Virus record (IMG/VR): IMGVR_UViG_3300020439_000004
Location: 1 to 64,000 of that record
From: a virus
Reading direction: 5' to 3' (one strand)
Length of the DNA stretch: 64,000 bases
This document shows, in pieces, positions 37,859-49,356 of this stretch. Position 1 is the stretch's first letter. Every line of letters starts with the position of its first letter. The notes under the pieces were generated by a model that worked only from the letters and a program-made list of their open reading frames with translations, had not been told where the DNA came from and did no database searches. The position numbers and the translations under genes were made by a program.

Positions 37859-39713
37859 CCATTCAGCTACAGAGTTAAATGAACAACTCAAAGCTATGGA
37901 AGGAAGCATCAAAGAAGAAGATGCTAGATACTACTTATATAAATTTCTAAGAAACAATATTTCATTCACCTCCGAAATGTTCTTAGGTGTTAGGTTATTC
38001 CCATTCCAAGCTATGGCTATTAAAGGAATGATGGTATCTGACTATTCTATGTTCGTATTCTCACGAGGAATGTCTAAGACCTTCTCTACAGCAATATATG
38101 TGCTGTTAGAGTGCCTCCTCAATCCTAAAGCAAATATAGGCGTTATAGCGGGTAGTTTCAGACAGTCTAAGCAAATCTTTCAGAAGATGGAAGATATATT
38201 GAGTAAACCAGAAGCTAGTTTACTTAAAGAATGTGGATTTAAAATACAAAAAGGAACTGACCAGTGGACATTGACTCTTGGCAGTAGCAGAGCTATAGCA
38301 CTGCCGCTGGCTAATGGAGAAAGGCTTCGGGGATTCCGATTTAATAGGATAGTGTTGGATGAGTTTTTAACTATACCAGAAAAGATTTTTAACGAAGTTA
38401 TTATTCCTTTTCTGGGTGTGGTGGAAAACCCTATCGAGCGCGAGGAATTATACAATCTCGAATCAAAATTAATCGAGAAAAATGAGATGAAGGAAGAAGA
38501 TCGGTATATTTGGCCCAATAACAAATTAATTATTCTTTCATCTCCATCCTTCAAATTTGAGTACATGTATAAACTTTATAAGAAGTATGAAGATTTAATA
38601 AATGGTTTGGGGGTAAAAGAGGGCGATGAAGAAGACGATTTTAAAGATGATGCTTATAGACTGATAATGCAGTTGAGTTATGATTGCGCTCCATCAAGAC
38701 TTTATGATCAGAACTTGCTTAAACAGGCAAAAGCTACAATGAGTGAAATGCAGTTTAAGAGGGAGTTTGGCGCACAATTTATAGATGAAAGTGATGGATA
38801 TTTTAGATTATCAAAAATGGCTGCTTGTACAATACCAGACGGTGAAATGCCAGCAGTTGAGATTGTTGGAAACCCTAGTGATGAATATATTTTGTCCTTT
38901 GACCCTAACTGGGCGGGAAACACAAGTGCTGACCATTTTGCTATGCATGTTTTCAAGATAGATAGAGATTCTCAGAAAGTTTGCTTAGTTCATAGCTATG
39001 CTATAGCAGGAGTATCTCTGAAACAGCATATGGAGTATTTTTTATATCTAATTAAATATTTTAACATAGTTGGTATATGCGGGGACTATAACGGTGGTGT
39101 CCAGTTTATAAACTCATGCAACGAGAGCGCTATCTTCAAAAACGAAAATATAAAGATTGGGGTTATAGATGTTGATTTAGAAAAACCAGAAAACTGGCAT
39201 TCAGACATAATGAGCTTCAAGAGTCAATACAATGTAAAGTCAAGAAACTATTGTATACTAAGAAAACCAACAGCAAACTGGAATAGGAATGCTAATGAGA
39301 TGCTACAGGCGGCAATAGACCATAAAAGAATATTATTTGCTTCTAGAGCGGTAGACACACACTTTGACGAGCAGAGAAAGAAAAATATACCCATAGACAA
39401 AATTAAATGGGATATGAAAATGTTGGGATCTTCAAAAGGAGCCTTAATGATTGATTTTATTGATCATCAGAAGTCAATAGTTGAATTAACTAAATCTGAA
39501 TGTGCAAACATAGAAGTTGTAGCTAATCCACAAGGCTCTCAGTCATTTAATCTACCACAAAACCTTAGAAGACAAAAAGGTCCAAATAGAGCTAGAAAAG
39601 ACTCATATTCTGCTTTGGTATTAGGAAACTGGTTTGCCAAAGTATTTTTTGATTCTGAAAATGCTACAGCAGAGAGACGAGTAGAAAGTACATTTGTGCC
39701 TTTTGCGATTTGA
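37821..39713 (+). CDS. terL: terminase large subunit
   Basis: LFPFQ, SRGMSKT Walker A, LRGFRFNRIVLDE Walker B, LSSP, REFGAQF, RNase H-like LSFDP...D, KDSYSAL. Confidence 0.9.
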   Translation: MAWNKGEQGYRLDHSATELNEQLKAMEGSIKEEDARYYLYKFLRNNISFTSEMFLGVRLFPFQAMAIKGMMVSDYSMFVFSRGMSKTFSTAIYVLLECLLNPKANIGVIAGSFRQSKQIFQKMEDILSKPEASLLKECGFKIQKGTDQWTLTLGSSRAIALPLANGERLRGFRFNRIVLDEFLTIPEKIFNEVIIPFLGVVENPIEREELYNLESKLIEKNEMKEEDRYIWPNNKLIILSSPSFKFEYMYKLYKKYEDLINGLGVKEGDEEDDFKDDAYRLIMQLSYDCAPSRLYDQNLLKQAKATMSEMQFKREFGAQFIDESDGYFRLSKMAACTIPDGEMPAVEIVGNPSDEYILSFDPNWAGNTSADHFAMHVFKIDRDSQKVCLVHSYAIAGVSLKQHMEYFLYLIKYFNIVGICGDYNGGVQFINSCNESAIFKNENIKIGVIDVDLEKPENWHSDIMSFKSQYNVKSRNYCILRKPTANWNRNANEMLQAAIDHKRILFASRAVDTHFDEQRKKNIPIDKIKWDMKMLGSSKGALMIDFIDHQKSIVELTKSECANIEVVANPQGSQSFNLPQNLRRQKGPNRARKDSYSALVLGNWFAKVFFDSENATAERRVESTFVPFAI

Positions 39714-39756
39714 AAAGTTTCAAAGTAACTTTTATAACTTTAGTGTAAACTTTTAT

Positions 39757-41721
39757 ATGCCACGAAAATATACCAAAAGATCTGATTATTGGAACAAATT
39801 TAGAAAATCTGAGCAACCTATAGAAAGTCTACTTTCTTCAGAAGCTGAGAACTTTAATCCTGAACTCATAGGAGATAGCATCTATGAAAGCGTAGAAGCT
39901 TCTAGACTTTCAGAGCCTACAAAAAGAACTTCTAAGAGAAATAATAGAATTACTATTAACCCAGCTAAAAACAGGTTCCAGAATATTAAAGATGGCCTTT
40001 TGCCATTTGAGTATTCAAAAGATTCTGTAAGCGTTAAAGAGGCTATAGAGCTTTGCCAAAAAGCTTATTTCAACATAGCTACATTTAGAAGCACAATAGA
40101 TCTTTTATCTGAATTTGCTGATTCAGACATTTATCTTGAAGGCGGCACACAAAAATCAAGAAATTTTATAGATGCGTGGTTTAAGAGAATCAAAATGCAC
40201 GATCTTAAATCTCAGTTCTTCAGAGAGTACTACAGATCAGGCAATGTTTTCTTGTATAGAGTTGACGGTGTACTACCTCTCAGAAATAGCCAAAAAGTTT
40301 TAGAGGCTTATGGAGCTAGCTCAAGATCAAAGGTTCCTATTAAGTATATGGTTATAAACCCAACTGATGTGGCAACAAAGGGTTCTGTTTCTTTTACTGA
40401 TTATAGTTATTTTAAAGTTTTGACTCCTTTTGAGATAGCAAGACTTAAAAACCCACAAACAGAACACGAACAAGAACTTTTCAACTCTTTACCAGAGGAT
40501 GTGCAAACAAGAATTAAGGTTGGTACTTCAGCAAACAGCGAGAGACTTTATATAGAATTAGATACAGATTATTTGCATCCTGTCTTTGCTAAGAAGCAAG
40601 ATTATGAGCCAATGGCTGTTCCAGCAGGTTTCTCTGTACTTGATGATTTAAACAAGAAAATAGAATTAAAGAAAATAGATCAAGCTATTAGCCGCTCTAT
40701 TGAAAATGTAGTTTTATTAGTAACCATGGGGGCTGAACCTGATAAGGGTGGTGTTAATCACAAAAACTTAGCTGCTATGCAACAAATATTTAGAAACCAG
40801 AGTGTTGGTAGAGTTCTTGTATCTGACTATACAACAAAAGCCGACTTTGTTATTCCTGATCTTAGGAAGGTTGTTGGCTCTGAGAAGTATGAGGTATTAA
40901 ACAAAGATATTGAAGAAGGTCTTCAGAATATTCTAATTGGTGATACTAAATACTCAGACGGCAAAATTAAAATGAAAGTATTTTTCCAGAGACTAGAAGA
41001 ATCTAGAAATTTATTTTTAAAAGAATTTATAAACCCTGAAATAAGAAGAATTTGTAAGAATGCAGGTTTGCGTTCTTGGCCAGAGGTAAAGTTTGTTAAG
41101 AATGACACATTAGATGATGACAACTTAACTAAGCTAGCTACAAGGCTTATGGAGCTTGGAGTAATTACTCCAGAGCAAGGAATGAAGGTTGTTGCAACTG
41201 GTACATTCCCAGATCCAGAAGAGATGGCTCCAGCTCAAGACAGGTTTAAAGAAGAAAGAGAAAAAGGTTATTACATGCCTCTAGTTAATACTATTAACTT
41301 ATATGATGACGATGATACTCCTGATAAACCTGCTCCAGCAGATACACCACAAGCTGTAGCTCCTTCAGGTGGCAGACCAGTAGGAGTATCTAATTCTAAA
41401 GTTTTCTCAAAGAAAAATATTATTGCTGCTACTAAACAAGTTAATGAATTTGAACTTAGAGCATTTAGAGAATTTGCCGCGAAATTCGGTCTTAAGAGAA
41501 TGTCTAAAGAAAAGAAAGAATTAGTATCTCGCGCTTGTGAGTCTATTATAGTAGCAAAAGATCACACTCAATGGGATGAGTCTCTTGCAGAGGTTGTAGA
41601 TAATTTAGATTCTCTAGCATCTCTTGGAGTGCATGATAAAGTGCTTGAGTTAGGTGCTGAACATCAGCTAGATGATTTATCTTCTGCAATTTTATATCAC
41701 TCTACGCAAATTTGCGTGTAA
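39757..41721 (+). CDS. portal protein
   Basis: Follows terL; FFREYYRSGNVF motif; start moved to MPRKYT, 8 nt after GTGTAA. Confidence 0.75.
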   Translation: MPRKYTKRSDYWNKFRKSEQPIESLLSSEAENFNPELIGDSIYESVEASRLSEPTKRTSKRNNRITINPAKNRFQNIKDGLLPFEYSKDSVSVKEAIELCQKAYFNIATFRSTIDLLSEFADSDIYLEGGTQKSRNFIDAWFKRIKMHDLKSQFFREYYRSGNVFLYRVDGVLPLRNSQKVLEAYGASSRSKVPIKYMVINPTDVATKGSVSFTDYSYFKVLTPFEIARLKNPQTEHEQELFNSLPEDVQTRIKVGTSANSERLYIELDTDYLHPVFAKKQDYEPMAVPAGFSVLDDLNKKIELKKIDQAISRSIENVVLLVTMGAEPDKGGVNHKNLAAMQQIFRNQSVGRVLVSDYTTKADFVIPDLRKVVGSEKYEVLNKDIEEGLQNILIGDTKYSDGKIKMKVFFQRLEESRNLFLKEFINPEIRRICKNAGLRSWPEVKFVKNDTLDDDNLTKLATRLMELGVITPEQGMKVVATGTFPDPEEMAPAQDRFKEEREKGYYMPLVNTINLYDDDDTPDKPAPADTPQAVAPSGGRPVGVSNSKVFSKKNIIAATKQVNEFELRAFREFAAKFGLKRMSKEKKELVSRACESIIVAKDHTQWDESLAEVVDNLDSLASLGVHDKVLELGAEHQLDDLSSAILYHSTQICV

Positions 41722-41729
41722 AGGAGGTT

Positions 41730-43250
41730 ATGCAATTGGATGATTTTAATATTTGCCAATTTGAAGGCAAGATAAGAGAAATAAAAGAAGAGGAATTTGA
41801 GGCGTTCGGTTTATCAGAAGGTTCTATAGCAGAGGCGGCTCAATCATTGCTCCCAGAAGACTTTGATCCAGAACAGAATATAGATGTTCTGCCAGTTGTA
41901 TTTAATTTGGCGAAAGTTAACGAGTTTAATAAAAATGGTGATGGGATTGATTCCAAGACAGCCGTGGCTGCCGTAAAAAGATTTATCAACAAGCCAATAA
42001 ATATTGAACATAAAAAAGATAAAATAGTCGGCCATATGATTAATGCGTCCTTCTCTACACGAGAGTTTGACTTTAAAAATAACGACATTGAATCTTATGC
42101 CGACAAAACTGAGCCTTACTATATAAATGCAGCAGGTCTTATTTATAGACAAATATATCCAAAATTAGCTGACGCAATAATGGAAGCCTCTGATGATAAT
42201 GATGAGACGTATCAATCCATTTCTGCGAGTTGGGAATTAGCCTTTAAGCAATACGAAGTAACATATGGTTCAAACATTTTAGAAGATTCTAAGGTTTTAA
42301 CTGGTAGCGAAAAAGAAGAGAAAAAGCAGTATTTAAAGGGTCTTGGTGGAAAAGGGCAAGATGACGACGGAGTTCCCGTCAATAGATTAATTGTTGGTGA
42401 AACCTATCCTCTGGGTGCAGCCCTAACAAGAAATCCTGCCGCAGCAGTCAAGGGTGTTTACCCAGACGAAGCCAAAGATGAAAAAATGGAATCAGAAAAA
42501 ATTTCCCTAAATAGCAATAAAAATGTAAATGCAGACAAATTTAAATTTATTTTTAATAATATGGACAAAGAACAATTCGACGAACTTATGGCTAAAGTTG
42601 GCGAGAGTGTTGCTTCTGTAGTGAAGCAAGAGTCTGAAGCTTCAACTATTGGCGAAATCATGCGTGATGCACTCACGGACCACAGCGAATCTTGGAAATC
42701 CAAGGTTGAGCTTGAGCGGGAGGCTAAAGCCAAGGCTGAAGCCGATCTTTCTGAAGTTAAGGAAGCCCTTGACGCTACGAAAGAGGAATTAGAAACTCTT
42801 AAAGCTGAAGCTGAAGCTAAAGCAACTGCTGATCTTTTCAACGATAGAATGAATTTTATCGACAATGATTACGATCTTAATGAGCAGGAGCTTGAGTTAG
42901 TCACTGCTGAAGTCAAAGAATTGGAATCTACTGAAGAAGCCTTCGAAGCTTACAAAGGTAAATTGCAGGTAATCTTTGCTCACAAACTCAAAGCTAATAT
43001 TGAAGCCAAAGAAGCTGAGATAAAAGCAAGAATCGAGGAAGCTGTTGCTAGTAAGAGTGAAGATGCTGTTGAGGAAGAGGCTCCAAAAGCTGACCCTCAG
43101 CCTGAGCCTGAGCCAGAACCAGCAGAAGAGTTAGAAGTTGAAGAGGATGAAGAAGCTGAAGCTTCAATTCCAAACAACAACGCTGACGCTAGTGAAAAGA
43201 TTTCTTTAGTCGAAAGACTCAAGAAGAACTTCTCTGTAGAAGTATCCTAA
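41730..43250 (+). CDS. prohead protease-scaffold fusion
   Basis: NKNGD, KPINIEH...VGH, SASWE, PAA; acidic coiled-coil C-terminus. Confidence 0.7.
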   Translation: MQLDDFNICQFEGKIREIKEEEFEAFGLSEGSIAEAAQSLLPEDFDPEQNIDVLPVVFNLAKVNEFNKNGDGIDSKTAVAAVKRFINKPINIEHKKDKIVGHMINASFSTREFDFKNNDIESYADKTEPYYINAAGLIYRQIYPKLADAIMEASDDNDETYQSISASWELAFKQYEVTYGSNILEDSKVLTGSEKEEKKQYLKGLGGKGQDDDGVPVNRLIVGETYPLGAALTRNPAAAVKGVYPDEAKDEKMESEKISLNSNKNVNADKFKFIFNNMDKEQFDELMAKVGESVASVVKQESEASTIGEIMRDALTDHSESWKSKVELEREAKAKAEADLSEVKEALDATKEELETLKAEAEAKATADLFNDRMNFIDNDYDLNEQELELVTAEVKELESTEEAFEAYKGKLQVIFAHKLKANIEAKEAEIKARIEEAVASKSEDAVEEEAPKADPQPEPEPEPAEELEVEEDEEAEASIPNNNADASEKISLVERLKKNFSVEVS

Positions 43251-43288
43251 TTAAACAATTAACTATTAACTATTAAATACTAATAATC

Positions 43289-43912
43289 ATGGCAAACGAA
43301 ATTACACGTTTATTGCCGTTTCGTCAATACGATGAGAATGATGTTGTAAACTTCTATTCTCTTGATGCCGAAACGGGCGAAGCGGGTTCTGTTGTTAGAG
43401 TTAGCGCTGCTAACTTAGACCAAGAACCTGTAAAGTATGTCGAAAGAGGCGATAGCAATTCTTACGACAATACGTTGGGCCACGGACTATCATTGTATCC
43501 TGAAGTACCGTACAAAGTTACTAAATGTACAGGCACTGGTGCAACTCAGATTCCGTTGGGTATTTTGTTACGGGATGTCCGTGCAAAAGATGAAAATGGT
43601 GAAAATCTTCTCTACTATCCAGAGAAGAAAGAAGAACTTCAGTGCGTTGTATCTGGAGAAGCTGTACCTATCGCAACTAAGGGTTTATTTACAATGAATG
43701 TAAATGCTCTTAAGGGTGGGTTAGCTCCTGCAATCAACTCTCTTGCTGTTTGTTCTACTAACGGAACTCTTACTGGTGTTGCTCGCTCTTCTGCGTCATC
43801 AAATCAGAAAGATGTTGCTGTTGGTAAGTTCATCGCCACAGGTCAGCGTGAGTCATCTAATACAACTGATGCTTTCGCTGGTTCATACGCAATCCTTAAA
43901 CTTGAACTGTAA
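43289..43912 (+). CDS. head decoration/cement protein
   Basis: Between scaffold and capsid; PLGILL.DV...DENGE motif. Confidence 0.6.
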   Translation: MANEITRLLPFRQYDENDVVNFYSLDAETGEAGSVVRVSAANLDQEPVKYVERGDSNSYDNTLGHGLSLYPEVPYKVTKCTGTGATQIPLGILLRDVRAKDENGENLLYYPEKKEELQCVVSGEAVPIATKGLFTMNVNALKGGLAPAINSLAVCSTNGTLTGVARSSASSNQKDVAVGKFIATGQRESSNTTDAFAGSYAILKLEL

Positions 43913-43931
43913 TTAGGAGGAAATATTACTT

Positions 43932-45077
43932 ATGAAAATTACAATCAAAAGAACCGAAGATCAATTGGCCCTTGTGAGAGCAATGGGTTCAAATAATCGT
44001 GAGGAAGCTTATGAGGCACAAGCAGCAGTAGCTGATCTTCTTGGACCAGTGGTCTCTGAAGTAATCAACAATGCTCCAACAGTTGGAAATCTCTACACCA
44101 GCCTTTCATATGGTGAAGATGATAACCCTTCTCTGCCTTTGGATCTTTTCCACGACATCACTGATGAGGACTACATTCAGGTGTATTCTCAGCAAGTAGC
44201 TGGTGGCCTTCCATATAGCCAAGTCTTTCCTGCTCACAACGAGCTTAAGTTCAGCACTTACACACTTGATAGCGCTCTTGCGTTTGACCGTAAGTATGTT
44301 CGTAAGGCTCGTCTTGATGTTGTCAGCAAGACTTTCACTAGGATGGCTCAAGAAGTTTTACTTAAGCAGACTAAAACTGCTTTTAATGTTCTTGCAACTG
44401 CATTGGTTAAAGGACAGGGAACTTCATCAACCGCTGGTAGCCAAATTATTGGCTCTACAACTGAAAACCGTTTCGTTCTTGACGACTTCAACCGCTTGAT
44501 CACAAAGAGCAAGCGTATCAACAGCTCCTTCAATGGAGGTACTCCTGTTGGTGGAGTTAAGTCTGGAATTACGGATCTTTTAGTTTCTCCAGAAATGGTT
44601 GAGCAACTCCGCTCTATGGCTTACAACCCAATCAACACAATTGATTCAGATGGTAACTCACCAGACTCTGGTGGAGACGGTCAAGTAGCTCCAGACGTTC
44701 TTCGTCAAGAGTTATTTAGCGCCGCTGGACTTCCATCTTTCTATGGTATTAATATCATGGAGATCAATCAGATGGGTATCAACCAAACCTTCAACAAGCT
44801 TTTCGCAGCAGTTGTTACTGCTGAGGGTGCTACTGTTGTTGGTGGAGGTAACACTGGAACCTTTAGTCAGACTGATGACGAAATCGTTATCGGTATTGAC
44901 CGCAGCAAAGACGCTCTTATACGTCCTGTTGTTATCGGTGAAGGATCACCTTCAGAGTTGCAAGTTCTCGTTGATGACCAGTTCTCAGTTCGCCAGAACA
45001 AGATTGGTTACTACGGTAAAGTTGAAGAGGGTCGCATCTGCATTGATGACCGCGCTCTTATCGGACTTGCTGTTTAA
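43932..45077 (+). CDS. major capsid protein
   Basis: Synteny, 381 aa, biased codon use, strong terminator downstream. Confidence 0.75.
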   Translation: MKITIKRTEDQLALVRAMGSNNREEAYEAQAAVADLLGPVVSEVINNAPTVGNLYTSLSYGEDDNPSLPLDLFHDITDEDYIQVYSQQVAGGLPYSQVFPAHNELKFSTYTLDSALAFDRKYVRKARLDVVSKTFTRMAQEVLLKQTKTAFNVLATALVKGQGTSSTAGSQIIGSTTENRFVLDDFNRLITKSKRINSSFNGGTPVGGVKSGITDLLVSPEMVEQLRSMAYNPINTIDSDGNSPDSGGDGQVAPDVLRQELFSAAGLPSFYGINIMEINQMGINQTFNKLFAAVVTAEGATVVGGGNTGTFSQTDDEIVIGIDRSKDALIRPVVIGEGSPSELQVLVDDQFSVRQNKIGYYGKVEEGRICIDDRALIGLAV

Positions 45078-45102
45078 TCGACAGACACAATCTGACATTA
45101 TT

Positions 45103-45136
45103 AAGAGTCGCCTCGAAAGGGGCGGCTCTTTTTTTT
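45103..45136 (+). terminator. intrinsic terminator
   Basis: AAGAGTCGCCTC-GAAA-GGGGCGGCTCTT followed by a T-run. Confidence 0.9.
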
Positions 45137-45168
45137 GATATTTTAATTAAAATTGATATTATATATAT

Positions 45169-45591
45169 ATGAGTAAGAAAAAGTCTCCAAAGAAAATGAC
45201 GGTATCTAAAGGTGTAGAAAAGAAGAATTTAGAGGAGTTTGATGTAACAGATGGTAAAGAAAGAGATAAAAAAGAAAAAGCTCTAGAAGAAGTAAAAGAG
45301 CTTGAAGAGTTGCTTGGAATGCCTCAAATGAATCCTTATGGAACCTTAAATAGAGACATCTTCAGACAAAGATTAGAGTCTTCATCCGCTTCAGATCTTA
45401 CAGATTTAGCTGCCAGAGTAGGCGTTCCTAGAGAAAGAAATATGAATCTTTTGAGGAAATCATTACTTCAATCTTTTGATTTCTATGCTCAAAAGCATAA
45501 CGTCACTGTACAAGGAAACGCTAAACCAATTATAGACCCAAGTTCCCCAGACTATGAAAAAACTGTAAAGTTATTTAAAGATTTACTATAA
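45169..45591 (+). CDS. hypothetical protein
   Basis: Own promoter TTGATA-N16-TATTAT-N6-ATG. Confidence 0.65.
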   Translation: MSKKKSPKKMTVSKGVEKKNLEEFDVTDGKERDKKEKALEEVKELEELLGMPQMNPYGTLNRDIFRQRLESSSASDLTDLAARVGVPRERNMNLLRKSLLQSFDFYAQKHNVTVQGNAKPIIDPSSPDYEKTVKLFKDLL

Positions 45592-45595
45592 CTTT

Positions 45596-48046
45596 ATGAA
45601 TGACTTTGGGCAATTAGCGAGTGATATAATAACATACGACTTTCCAAATGATACAGGTACTTATGGTACTGGGTATATTTCTGGCTGGTTGGAAGTTAAT
45701 TTAGGCGAGCTAAATGGTCTAACTCATGAGGAATTTTCTGGAAATGCTACAGGAGCTATAGAGTATACTTCTGGATCTGGTTTAATGCCTGTAGAGAAAA
45801 AGATTTTCAGAAGTTTATACGAAATTCATTACTATCAAAAATCAGCCAGAGAATCTCTTAGAGGGTTTACTTATGATTCTTCTGTTGATTGGATTACAAT
45901 CAAAGAGGGTGATACAACTCTACAAAGACAAAATAAAAATTCTGTTGCTAAAACATATCGGGATTTAGAAGAAATGGCTGTTGAAAAACTAGATAATCTT
46001 TTATATCAATATAATTCTACAAAATCTTCTCCACTTCAAGTTGCTGGTACAGATGGAACTTCCTCTATACTAGTTCCAGATGAAACAGACTAATGGCATC
46101 TTTACTCACAGATGCAGAAAAGACTGCAATAAATAGCGCCCTATCTGATGTCCATGATACATTTGCTAGAGATATTTATGTTTATGTTAAAGAGGCTTCT
46201 AGTGTTCCAGCGGAATTAAATTACAATCCTTTGTATGGTAGAACGAAAAATACAGCAAGTTTGCCATCTAATGATAATATACTTACAAAATACACCTTTG
46301 CTGCGCGTATATTCTACAATAACAGGCAGCCAGAGGAAATTGTGGATGCGAACGCCCAAATGAACTTGCTAGCCTCTGACGGCAAAATACGGATCAAAGT
46401 CAAGTCAGATGCTTATGAGAAAATTAAAATATGCTCCAGAATAGAAGTTGATGATGAGCTTTATGTTGTAGATGGTGATCCTAAAATTGTAGGCCCATTT
46501 GATTCTCAATTTTATTCTATATACTTAAAACGTGAAAACTAATGCCAAGACAAGGTTTTTTATCAGCAGGTAAATTCCAAGTCACAGTTAACGCAAAAGA
46601 GTTATTAAAAGAGTTAACTGTCGATAACGACAGGGCAATGGGGACAACTATAAGAAACTATATCGCTCCTAAGTTACAACAAAAGCAGGAAAGACTAGTT
46701 AAAAACTTTAAAACAAACAAAATAACTGTAGAGTTAAAAGCTGGCCCAACAGCTTCAAATACTAGTGGTGTTTTAGGAGGTTATGGTAACTTATTTTCAT
46801 TTATTGGTTTTGATGCTGGGACAGACCCGACTGATGTTATTGAAAAAATATTTGAGCAAAAATTTAGATTCAGGGTTAGAAGAATAAATAAAACAGGAAA
46901 ATATAAAATAACTTTTTTTATTCCTAGCATAGAAGAGATTTATGCCTTAACGCCTATGCCTTGGGCATCTGGATCTAGCTGGGTTGATGGTATAGAAAAA
47001 GGAATGAGTAATGTTGGTAGTTATTTGTATAGCTCTAGAGGTTTCGGACAATCTAGGGCTGGAACAGGTTTACAAGCCAAAAACAAGTCTTCTGGTGTAA
47101 CTTTTAGAAACACACCATACATAACAAGACTTTTAAATAATTTTAAAAGAACTTTAGTCAATTTTACTAAATGAAGGCACAATTTGATCAGACATTACTA
47201 TCAAGTTTTTACTTGTGGTTTGAGAATTATTTATTAAAAGATAATTCGAAGGCTTATTCTACAGGAGCTAGCAATACATTTAAATATGTAGATTTTGCTG
47301 ATGTTCCGAGTAGTCATTATGGATATCAAGGGCAATTCAAACAACTTGTAGGAGAACATAGTGTAGATGTCCCTAACTCTGGCTTTTTCTCAGATGGAGG
47401 TTTTGTTACTGGCGATTATGATAATAATGGCGGTGTATTTACAGACTATGACAACGGAAGATTAATATTTCCCTCTGCCTCTGGTACTGGTCTAACTTTA
47501 ACAGCTAATTCTACTGTAAAAGAAGTAAATACTTATATTTCCTATGATGGTGATTTAGAGACTATTTTACATTCAGATTTCAAAGAAGCTGGAGCTAGTT
47601 ATCCTTATCAATACTCAAAAGATAGCGAGTTAGATGAGCAGATATTCTTTCTGCCAGCTTGTTTTATTTCTTTAGCTTCTTCTGATAATACAGAGTTTTC
47701 TTTTGGGGGTGAAGAAAATACAGAGTCTAGAGTAAGGGTTATGATTCTCAGTTCTGACAATTATATTATGGATTCTGTTATGTCGTTATTTAGAGATTCA
47801 GTTAGAAATGACTTTAAAAACGTACCTTACGAAAGTTTCCCATATGGCCCATTTTATTCTATAAAAAGCTATCCTTATACTTATGATGGATTAATTTCAG
47901 GGTTATCAAACCCAGAAACTACTCATATTGACAATGTAACTGTATCTAAAGTTGTTTCAGAACAACTAAGAGAAAACTTAAATAAGGGCATTTCTATTGG
48001 TTTTATAGACTTTGATTTATGCACTTACCGTTTCCCTAGGCTATAA
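45596..48046 (+). CDS. head-tail joining/neck and tail-completion genes (45596-46093, 46093-46542, 46542-47174, 47171-48046)
   Basis: Coupled ORFs in the canonical position between capsid and tail tube. Confidence 0.55.
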
Positions 48047-48087
48047 AATAGTGTAAAGATGGTTAAACATTTTTATTCTTAAATTTT

Positions 48088-49290
48088 ATGGCAACTTCTA
48101 GAACACGAGTAATTTCACAATCAAAAGCTGTATTTGTAGGCCCAACAGGCATAGAGCATGATACAGACTCAGGGTACATCCCTGATCAACTACACCGTAT
48201 CGACACTTTTTCCTTTGATATTGATATCGCTGGAGCAAGGCAAGATATTAGAGAATTTGGTCAATTAGCAAGAATTGACTCTTTAACAATGTCAGACATA
48301 AACCCAAGTATTTCTTTCGGGTATTATTTTACTGACGGAGAAAATGAAGCTAGACTTGGATTTAATGATGATGGTATTGATAACACTGGTCCGTTATCTC
48401 AGTTTATATCAGGAATCATCACTGAAGATCCTAAAAAGAGCGTTAAAAATCTTTATGTTCTTACTGCTAAGGAAGGTATTGATGCCTTTAATAGTGGGCA
48501 AATGATAACTCCAACAAACAGAGCGCTTTCTGATGTAGTTAGCTTCGGTAATGTTGTTATTAACAATTATTCTGCAAGTTTCGCAGTTGGAGATATTCCA
48601 AGAGTTGATATCGAGGCTGAAGCTTCAAATATTTTATTTACAACTGGAACATATAGTGGTTTCGACAACCCATCTATAAATTCAGTAGGTGAGAAACAAG
48701 CTGGAAAAGTTGCTGTTATTGCTGATCCTGATGACGGAACTGTTCCAAAAGCTCCTTCTACTGGAGATTCTACAATATCAGTTTTAAGACCAGAAGATAT
48801 TACAATTACATTTACTTCCCCTAGTTTTGATATGGGTGGAACTAACTTTAGTGATATGCATGTACAAAGTGCATCTATTGATGTACCTTTAGCAAGAGGA
48901 AACATAGAAGCCCTTGGTAAAGCAAGAGCTGTTGCTAAACCTCTTGAGTTTCCAATTGATGTAACTATGTCATTTAGCTCATTATTAAAGAACTTTGATG
49001 ATGGTGCTTTAGACTTAGTTCTTACTGGATCAGCAGGTGATCAAAAGACAGATATAACTCTTTCTATTACAAATAGAGAAGATTTAGAGATTAGTAGATT
49101 TACTCTAAAGAACGCTCAATTAGATAGTCAGGCGTTCAGTCAAGGGCTTGACGATAATGAGACTGTAGATCTTACATTCTCTGCACAGATCGGTGGACCT
49201 AATACAATAACTCAAGGGTTGTTTTACAGTGGTAAAGCTGATCCAACTGTAGATGCTACAGGTGCTACCAACAGTTACGATATAGCTTAA
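48088..49290 (+). CDS. major tail tube protein
   Basis: Synteny, beta-rich internal duplication, terminator downstream. Confidence 0.65.
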   Translation: MATSRTRVISQSKAVFVGPTGIEHDTDSGYIPDQLHRIDTFSFDIDIAGARQDIREFGQLARIDSLTMSDINPSISFGYYFTDGENEARLGFNDDGIDNTGPLSQFISGIITEDPKKSVKNLYVLTAKEGIDAFNSGQMITPTNRALSDVVSFGNVVINNYSASFAVGDIPRVDIEAEASNILFTTGTYSGFDNPSINSVGEKQAGKVAVIADPDDGTVPKAPSTGDSTISVLRPEDITITFTSPSFDMGGTNFSDMHVQSASIDVPLARGNIEALGKARAVAKPLEFPIDVTMSFSSLLKNFDDGALDLVLTGSAGDQKTDITLSITNREDLEISRFTLKNAQLDSQAFSQGLDDNETVDLTFSAQIGGPNTITQGLFYSGKADPTVDATGATNSYDIA

Positions 49291-49313
49291 CATTATAAAT
49301 ATATAAATAAAAC

Positions 49314-49340
49314 AGCCTCGCCTTCGGGCGGGGCTTTTTT
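49314..49340 (+). terminator. intrinsic terminator
   Basis: AGCCTCGCC-TTCG-GGCGGGGCT followed by a T-run. Confidence 0.9.
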
Positions 49341-49356
49341 ATGTGTAATATACAGT

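Noticed and set aside
41722-41727. AGGAGG Shine-Dalgarno for the protease gene
   Set aside because: Only 2 nt from the ATG; the GTGTAA-N8 geometry explains the site better.
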